Source: Myxococcales bacterium (GTDB lineage Bacteria; Myxococcota_A; Polyangia; Polyangiales; Polyangiaceae). Taken from it: DNA of 64,000 nt. Both the position numbers and the translations under genes were made by a program. The stretch lies in the NCBI GenBank assembly GCA_043747615.1, contig JAYTOU010000044.1:1-64000 (forward strand). Reading direction: 5' to 3'. Under the pieces are notes generated by a model. That model saw nothing but the letters and a program-made list of their open reading frames with translations. It was not told the DNA's origin and made no database searches. Positions 58,334-64,000 of the stretch are shown in pieces; the stretch's first letter is position 1; every line of letters begins with the position of its first letter.

Positions 58334-59856
58334 CCGTCTACCTCCCGGTACGCGGAGAGTCCCTGCCGGCCGCCCTCGCGACCAAAGCCGCTCTCTTTGT
58401 ATCCACCGAAGGGCGACGACGGATCGAATTTGTTGAAGGTGTTGCCCCAGATGACGCCCGCCTTGAGACGCTGCGCCATCCAGAAAATCTTAGCCCCCTT
58501 GTCTGTCCAGATTCCGGCGGAGAGGCCGTACATCGAGTTGTTCGCCTTCTCGAGCGCCTCCTCCGGCGTGCGGAAGGTGAGAATGGTGAGCACGGGGCCG
58601 AAGATTTCTTCACGCGCGATGCGGCTCGACTGACTTGCGCCCGTGAAAAAGGTGGGCGCAAACCAGTAGCCCTTAGAGGGGAGCTTGCACGGCGCGGAGT
58701 AGCGCTCGGCCCCTTCTTGGGTCCCCGCCGCCACGAGCTCGCTAATGCGATCGAGCTGCATCTTGGAGTTGATCGCGCCGATATCTGTATTTTTGTCGAG
58801 CGGATCGCCGAGGCGGAGCGTGGCCATCCGATCGCGAAGCTTCCGCACCACGAGATCGTGGACGCTCTCTTCGACGAGGAGCCGCGAGCCTGCGCAGCAT
58901 ACGTGCCCCTGGTTGAAGAAGATGCCGCTGACGATCCCTTCGATTGCTTGATCGATCGGCGCGTCGGCGAAGATGATGTTGGCGGCTTTTCCCCCAAGCT
59001 CGAGGGTGAGGCGTTTGCTCGAGCCGGCGAGGGCTCTCTGGATGCGCCTGCCGACGTCGGTGCTGCCGGTGAAGGCCACCTTGTTCACGTCGGGATGATT
59101 GGCGAGAGCCGCGCCGGTTAGCCCCGCGCCGGTGATGATGTTGACGACGCCCGGGGGGAGCTCCGCTTCTTCGATGATCTGCGCGAGGAGAAGCGCGGTG
59201 AGCGGCGTCGTTTCTGCAGGCTTGAGGACCACGGTGTTACCGCATGCGATGGCCGGCGCGATCTTCCACGCCGCCATGAGGAGCGGGAAATTCCAGGGAA
59301 TGATCTGCCCGGCCACACCGAGGGGCCGAGAGGCGCGCCCATGAAATGCGTAGTCGAGCTTATCGGCCCAGCCGGCGTGATAAAAAAAATGCGCGGCTGC
59401 GAGCGGCACGTCCACGTCGCGTGATTCTTTGATCGGTTTGCCGCCGTCCATCGATTCAACGATGGCAAGCTCGCGCGCCTTCTCTTGAATGGCGCGGGCA
59501 ATTCGGAATACGTACTTCGCACGCTCGGCGCCGCGCATCTTCGACCAGTATTTGTCGTAAGCGTGACGCGCCGCTTTTACCGCATCGTCCACGTCCCTGG
59601 CGTTGGCGTCGGCGACCTCGGCGAGCTTCCCTTCAGTGCTCGGGCTGTAGCTCGCGAAATACGCTCCGCTGCGGGGAGCTTTCCATTTCCCGCCGATGAA
59701 AAGCTCGTATTTTGGCTGAAGTTTGACCTGATCGGTCGACTCGGGAGCAGGCGCGTAATCCCACTTGTGCCCAAAGTTCAGCGCGGGCCCGTGCACGCTC
59801 CGCTTCGCCGGAAGCTGCTCAGTCGCCGCGGTCGTTTTCGTCATCTCTCGGCTCAT
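58330..59856 (-). CDS. Aldehyde dehydrogenase
   Basis: PWNFP, FTGST, LELGGK, GHVCCA, EEIFGP. Confidence 0.95.
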   Translation of the reverse strand: MSREMTKTTAATEQLPAKRSVHGPALNFGHKWDYAPAPESTDQVKLQPKYELFIGGKWKAPRSGAYFASYSPSTEGKLAEVADANARDVDDAVKAARHAYDKYWSKMRGAERAKYVFRIARAIQEKARELAIVESMDGGKPIKESRDVDVPLAAAHFFYHAGWADKLDYAFHGRASRPLGVAGQIIPWNFPLLMAAWKIAPAIACGNTVVLKPAETTPLTALLLAQIIEEAELPPGVVNIITGAGLTGAALANHPDVNKVAFTGSTDVGRRIQRALAGSSKRLTLELGGKAANIIFADAPIDQAIEGIVSGIFFNQGHVCCAGSRLLVEESVHDLVVRKLRDRMATLRLGDPLDKNTDIGAINSKMQLDRISELVAAGTQEGAERYSAPCKLPSKGYWFAPTFFTGASQSSRIAREEIFGPVLTILTFRTPEEALEKANNSMYGLSAGIWTDKGAKIFWMAQRLKAGVIWGNTFNKFDPSSPFGGYKESGFGREGGRQGLSAYREVDG

Positions 59857-59861
59857 GGTCT

Positions 59862-60752
59862 TCAGTCTTTCGAGAAGTCTTCGCTGGCTTGATAAAGACC
59901 GGTTTTCTCTTTTTCGAGTTGCATGAGCACGTCATTCAAGAGGGCACTCGCGCCAAAGCGAAAAAGATCGGGCGTCAGCCAATCGTCGCCGAGAGTCTCT
60001 TTGACGATGACGAGATAGTGAAGCGCCTGTTTGGCAGTGCGGACGCCGCCTGCGGGCTTCATTCCAATTTTCCGACCGGTCGCATAGTAGTGATCACGAA
60101 TGGTCTCGAGCATCACCAGCGTCACGGCGGGCGTCGCGGCGGGCTGGATCTTACCGGTCGAGGTCTTGATGAAATCCCCGCCGGCGGCGATGCCGATTTC
60201 ACTCGCGCGCCTGACTACGTCGTAAGAGCCAAGCTCTCCGGTCTCCAGGATCACCTTCAGATGAGCCGCGCCGCAGGCCTCTTTTGTCGCTGCGATCTCG
60301 TCGAACACTTTGGCGTAGTCGCCGGCGAGCATGGCTCCGCGATCGATCACCATGTCGATCTCGTCGGCGCCGAACTCCACCGCTCGGCGCACGTCGTCGA
60401 GCTTGATCGGCAGAGGTGACTGCCCGCTTGGAAACGCGGTAGCGACGCTCGCGACCTTCACGGTGGACCCGGCGAGCGCGCGTTTTGCGGTCTGCACGTG
60501 GTTTGGATAGACGCAGATCGCGGCGCAAGGACCGATGCTCGGATCTCGGTCGAGCGGGAGGAGCGCCTTCGCACAAAGTGACCGCACCTTCCCGGGTGTG
60601 TCCTTCCCCTCGAGCGTCGTCAGATCCATCATCGCCACGGCCAGTCGAAGGCCTTGCACCTTCGAGGCCTTCTTGATGGACCGCTTGGCGAGTGCCGCGA
60701 CGCGCTCTTCGATCGTGACCTGATCGACCGGCGGCGGCGAGGGCGAGAACAT
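59862..60752 (-). CDS. deoC: Deoxyribose-phosphate aldolase (start uncertain)
   Basis: DLTTL, GADEIDMV, LKVILETG, FIKTSTG, KPAGG. Confidence 0.93.
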   Translation of the reverse strand: MFSPSPPPVDQVTIEERVAALAKRSIKKASKVQGLRLAVAMMDLTTLEGKDTPGKVRSLCAKALLPLDRDPSIGPCAAICVYPNHVQTAKRALAGSTVKVASVATAFPSGQSPLPIKLDDVRRAVEFGADEIDMVIDRGAMLAGDYAKVFDEIAATKEACGAAHLKVILETGELGSYDVVRRASEIGIAAGGDFIKTSTGKIQPAATPAVTLVMLETIRDHYYATGRKIGMKPAGGVRTAKQALHYLVIVKETLGDDWLTPDLFRFGASALLNDVLMQLEKEKTGLYQASEDFSKD

Positions 60753-60910
60753 TGGAAAAAAGCTGGCTCGGGTGGCATTCCCGAGCGATGTACGGCTTCC
60801 GTTTGAGGAGGGGGGAGGAGGTGAGCTCACGACGCTGAGGTTACCATGGTCTCTTGCCTCTACTTCCCCCCTTCGCTCGCCGCTTCGCGTCTTTCCGTTT
60901 GCGGGTTCGT

Positions 60911-61150
60911 CTAGGTGCGCTCTTTCGGCGGGGCCGCATCCATCTTCGCTCGCTTGCGGCGACGACGGGCAGCTTCCGCCTGCTTCTTCCGGCGCTTGAC
61001 GCTCGGTTTCATGTAATGGCGGCGCATCTTGAGCTCGCGGAGGACACCCTCCGAAGCAAGCTTCCGCTTGAGCATCTTGATGGCGCGCTCGATCCCGCGG
61101 TCGCTGACGACCACTTCGAGCGGCTTGCACTGAATTGCATCACTAGGCAT
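60911..61150 (-). CDS. rpsU: 30S ribosomal protein S21
   Basis: IERAIKMLKRK..EGVLRELKMRRHYMKPSVKRRKK. Confidence 0.93.
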   Translation of the reverse strand: MPSDAIQCKPLEVVVSDRGIERAIKMLKRKLASEGVLRELKMRRHYMKPSVKRRKKQAEAARRRRKRAKMDAAPPKERT

Positions 61151-61226
61151 CAACGTCTCCTACAGAATCAGGGAAAGGGCGACTTAGCATAGGCCCCCGG
61201 CGTTCGCCAAGGGCCAAGGAGGCTGT

Positions 61227-61820
61227 TTACGCCGAGGCTGAGGCCCCATTCGTGTGGGCGGCGGCTCCCGCGGTTGCCTTCTTGGCGCCCCGCTTCTTGG
61301 CCGAGCCGCGCTTTCCCCGCTTTTTTCCGGCGGGCTTGCCCGCTTTCGGAGACCGCTTCACGGCCTTGGCGCTACCCCCCTTGGCCCCTTTGGCAAAGTA
61401 GGTGGTCGCCCGCTTCTGCCCCTGCTTGGCGATCTTCCGCGCGGCAAGAGCGTCGGCGATCGGGCGGGGGAGCTCCTTGGCCTCGAGCCCGAGCTCGTGA
61501 CGAATCTGCTCTGCCCTGAGCCCGTCCGGATGCGCGCCGAGCAGATCCACGATCTGACCAACCACGCCCGCAATGTCCGCCGGCGAGCGCCTCTCGAGAC
61601 GACCGCGCCGACGCTTTTTCGCGGGGCGACCGTCGAGACCAGACCCCGAGCCGGACTCCGAGGCCGGGGGACGTCCACGGCGTGCGCCCGTTCTGCCGCC
61701 AGCCCCGCGCTCTCCGGACTCCGCCAAGATCTCGGCAAGCGAAGCGCCGCGAATGGCCTCGAGAACTCCACTGGCGAATTGATTGGCGAGATGAGAAATG
61801 GCAGTGCGCAGGGTCGTCAT
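61227..61820 (-). CDS. Basic putative DNA-binding/nucleoid protein
   Basis: GLRAEQIR..LG...KELPRP...GQKRATTYF; K/A-rich tail; AAGGAG RBS. Confidence 0.7.
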   Translation of the reverse strand: MTTLRTAISHLANQFASGVLEAIRGASLAEILAESGERGAGGRTGARRGRPPASESGSGSGLDGRPAKKRRRGRLERRSPADIAGVVGQIVDLLGAHPDGLRAEQIRHELGLEAKELPRPIADALAARKIAKQGQKRATTYFAKGAKGGSAKAVKRSPKAGKPAGKKRGKRGSAKKRGAKKATAGAAAHTNGASASA

Positions 61821-61898
61821 TGGGCTCCTTATACGTACTTCGAAATGGTCGGAGAGATAAACAGCCCCCCCCGACACGGTCAAGCGAGAATTACTAAG

Positions 61899-61981
61899 TA
61901 CCGAAGGAGGGACTCGAACCCTCACACCCTTTCGGATGGCGGATTTTGAATCCGCTGCGTCTGCCATTCCGCCACTTCGGC
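61899..61981 (-). tRNA. tRNA-Leu(CAA)
   Basis: GCCGAAGTGGCGGAATGGCAGACGCAGCGGATTCAAAATCCGCC...GGTTCGAGTCCCTCCTTCGGTA; long variable arm, no CCA. Confidence 0.97.
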
Positions 61982-62066
61982 TCTGGGCAGGACACCTAGC
62001 ACGGCCACGGCTTCCAGAGAATGCGATGCTCGCTTCCCCTTCTGAATTCCGTAGTAGCCTCCGCGC

Positions 62067-62915
62067 ATGCGCTTTCGATTTCCCCTCGTTTGTCTGCTCG
62101 CGGTCGGTTTTTTAGGCTGCAAAGACCAAGGCAAGATCACTGCGCAAAAAGCTCAGGAGAACGCCGGGTCGATGGCCAAGCTCGCCGAAACCGACTGCGC
62201 GGAGATCGAACGGGGGCTGCCTGAAGGGGCAAAGCGACTGAGCGCGCTCTATGTGAAAGGAGCCGATCTTCGTCAAGATCCTCCGGCCGTGCGCGCGGCG
62301 CTCATCAAGGCACGCCGGGACGTTCCTGATCTGAACATTGCCAAGTCGACTTTCTTTGCGCTCGCAGACGAGAAGGGAGTGGCCATTCGCAATAACCTCG
62401 AGCAGGACGCAATGGCCGGTCAGAACTTGATGCTCGTGTTTCCCGAGCTCGCCAAAGTAAACAGTAGTCCGTATGTCGTGACGACCGGGGCATTCGCCGG
62501 AACAGGCACGCCCGCGGTACCCGACAAAGACTGGATCGCCGCCGTTCCCGTGAAGATCGATGGCGACAAGGTCGCGGGGATCTTCGTGACCGGCTGGTCT
62601 TTTCGCCGCTTCGCTTTCCATCTTCAGGAGTCGCTCAAACACGAGCTCGGCGAGCAACTGCTGAAAGATCGCGACACCGGCAAGCTGCCCATTCTTTACG
62701 TCATGGTTTTCGACAAGTCGGGAGTCTACGGAGCACCCCAAACTCCGGGCGTGAACGAGAAAGCCCTCGCCGAAATCGATTTGGTCGGCAAGACGAGCGC
62801 CGGCCCTTCACACGGTGTGCTTTCGATCACCGACCGCGAATTTGGATTTGGCGCCGCGCGTGTCCCCAAGCTCGGTGCAGAAACCGGGATCGTCGTCCTA
62901 CGAAGCGATCTCTGA
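62067..62915 (+). CDS. Hypothetical lipoprotein
   Basis: Lipobox FLGC; 282-aa ORF. Confidence 0.7.
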   Translation: MRFRFPLVCLLAVGFLGCKDQGKITAQKAQENAGSMAKLAETDCAEIERGLPEGAKRLSALYVKGADLRQDPPAVRAALIKARRDVPDLNIAKSTFFALADEKGVAIRNNLEQDAMAGQNLMLVFPELAKVNSSPYVVTTGAFAGTGTPAVPDKDWIAAVPVKIDGDKVAGIFVTGWSFRRFAFHLQESLKHELGEQLLKDRDTGKLPILYVMVFDKSGVYGAPQTPGVNEKALAEIDLVGKTSAGPSHGVLSITDREFGFGAARVPKLGAETGIVVLRSDL

Positions 62916-62955
62916 ACGACCTTCGGGAGACGATGTCTCGTGATAGGCGTCTACA

Positions 62956-63144
62956 CTAACCTTCGCCGAGGCGGCCGTAGCCGTGGATTGCTGCAATAAA
63001 CGCGGCCCAGCCGGCGAGAACGACGACGCCGCCGAGGTCCTTCGACACGGTGCCGCACACGGCCAAGCCGAACGCGGAAAGCACCGCCCCGACGGTGAAG
63101 AGCCGGCGCATGTTCGTCACCTTCTTTTCGTCGGTCGTCATCAT
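62956..63144 (-). CDS. Small two-TM membrane protein
   Basis: LFTVGAVLSAFGLAVC...GGVVVLAGWAAFIAAIH. Confidence 0.55.
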   Translation of the reverse strand: MMTTDEKKVTNMRRLFTVGAVLSAFGLAVCGTVSKDLGGVVVLAGWAAFIAAIHGYGRLGEG

Positions 63145-63303
63145 GGCCAATTGTCGAGTTCGACTTTACGCAAGAAGCCGCGGGCGTCGCGCTCCATCTT
63201 TCGTTCAGCGGGGATCGACGAAGCTAACCGATGCTCGCCTCCGTCGCTAGGTCGCGAGGTGTATCAGCGACACAGCCTTCCAAAGGTCGGCTAGGCTCTA
63301 CGC

Positions 63304-64000
63304 ATGCCGCGGTTTGCCGCCATCGACGTTGGCTCGAACGCCCTGCGTCTTCGCATCATCGAAGCCGACGGTGCCGCGCGCAGCGTGGGCGACCGGCTGC
63401 AGCTCGCGCTTCTGCCAGGCGAGCGGGGATCAGCCTGGCGCGAAATCGTCACCTTGCGTGCACCGGTGCGCCTGGGCACGGGAGTGTTTCTCTCGGGGAA
63501 ACTAGCCCCAACGGCGATCGCGGAGGCGTGTGCCGCGCTCAAGGATTTCCGCCGTGAGATGGACGCGGCCAAGGTCGACGCCTACCGAGCGACGGCCACG
63601 AGCGCGGTCCGCGAAGCCTCGAACGGATCGACGCTCATCGAGCGGGCCCGACGGGAGGCGGGGATCGACCTCGAGGCCATCGAGGGGGTCGAAGAGGCGC
63701 GCCTCATACAGCTCGCCGTCACCCGCCGTCTCGCTGTGGAAGATCGGCGCGCGCTCCTAGTCGACGTGGGGGGGGGGTCGACGGAGCTCACGGTCCTCGA
63801 TCACGGCGCGAGCACGTATTCGATTTCACTCCCGGTAGGCACGGTGCGCCTCATCGAGGCCTTCTTGAAGGAGTCGCCCACGGTAAGCACAGAAGGCGCA
63901 CGCCTCATTCGCGAGACGATTGATCGCGCGCTCGCCGAAGCCCGTCCTCATCTGTCGAAGCTCAGTCTCGAGCTCCTCATCGGCACCGGAGGCAACGTGG
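63304..64000 (+). CDS. ppx: Ppx/GppA phosphatase; runs off the right edge
   Basis: Not in the ORF track. Manual translation: MPRFAAIDVGSNALRL, VRLG, ATSAVREA, EEARL, DVGGGSTE. Confidence 0.93.
   Translation, partial: MPRFAAIDVGSNALRLRIIEADGAARSVGDRLQLALLPGERGSAWREIVTLRAPVRLGTGVFLSGKLAPTAIAEACAALKDFRREMDAAKVDAYRATATSAVREASNGSTLIERARREAGIDLEAIEGVEEARLIQLAVTRRLAVEDRRALLVDVGGGSTELTVLDHGASTYSISLPVGTVRLIEAFLKESPTVSTEGARLIRETIDRALAEARPHLSKLSLELLIGTGGNV

Overview
GC-rich bacterial DNA whose gene content suggests a myxobacterium (Polyangiaceae-like; inferred, not verified). The window has three parts. (1) 1-~42 kb is an accessory stress/dormancy-type island: phosphoketolase, an HPF/RaiA-like protein, three USPs, BON proteins, two extra sigma70 factors, two OmpA/Pal-like lipoproteins, PA2169-like proteins, MgtC, CorA, ClC, pgm, a MoxR-Bat operon and two two-component systems. 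Many genes occur as diverged paralogue pairs and several are deletion scars. By eye I found about ten sigma54 -24/-12 boxes and five or six copies of a 33-bp double-palindrome (GRGTC-N5-GACAC-N3-GTGTC-N5-GACCC). Together with the island's own NtrC/ZraR-like activator and kinase, these suggest a self-contained, autoregulated sigma54 regulon, with several nearly leaderless transcripts. (2) ~42-48.7 kb is a decayed mobile/defence segment: IS21 remnant, stand-alone TOPRIM protein, AbiE pair, conserved HTH protein, YhaN-like fragment and a dead tyrosine integrase abutting the 3' end of tRNA-Pro(GGG). (3) 48.9-64 kb looks like core genome: arsC-like, M20 peptidase, Ser/Thr kinase, argC-argB-hisH-hisA, glutathione peroxidase, deoC-ALDH cluster, rpsU, tRNA-Leu(CAA) and ppx. 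All calls are by motif recognition; no searches were run.
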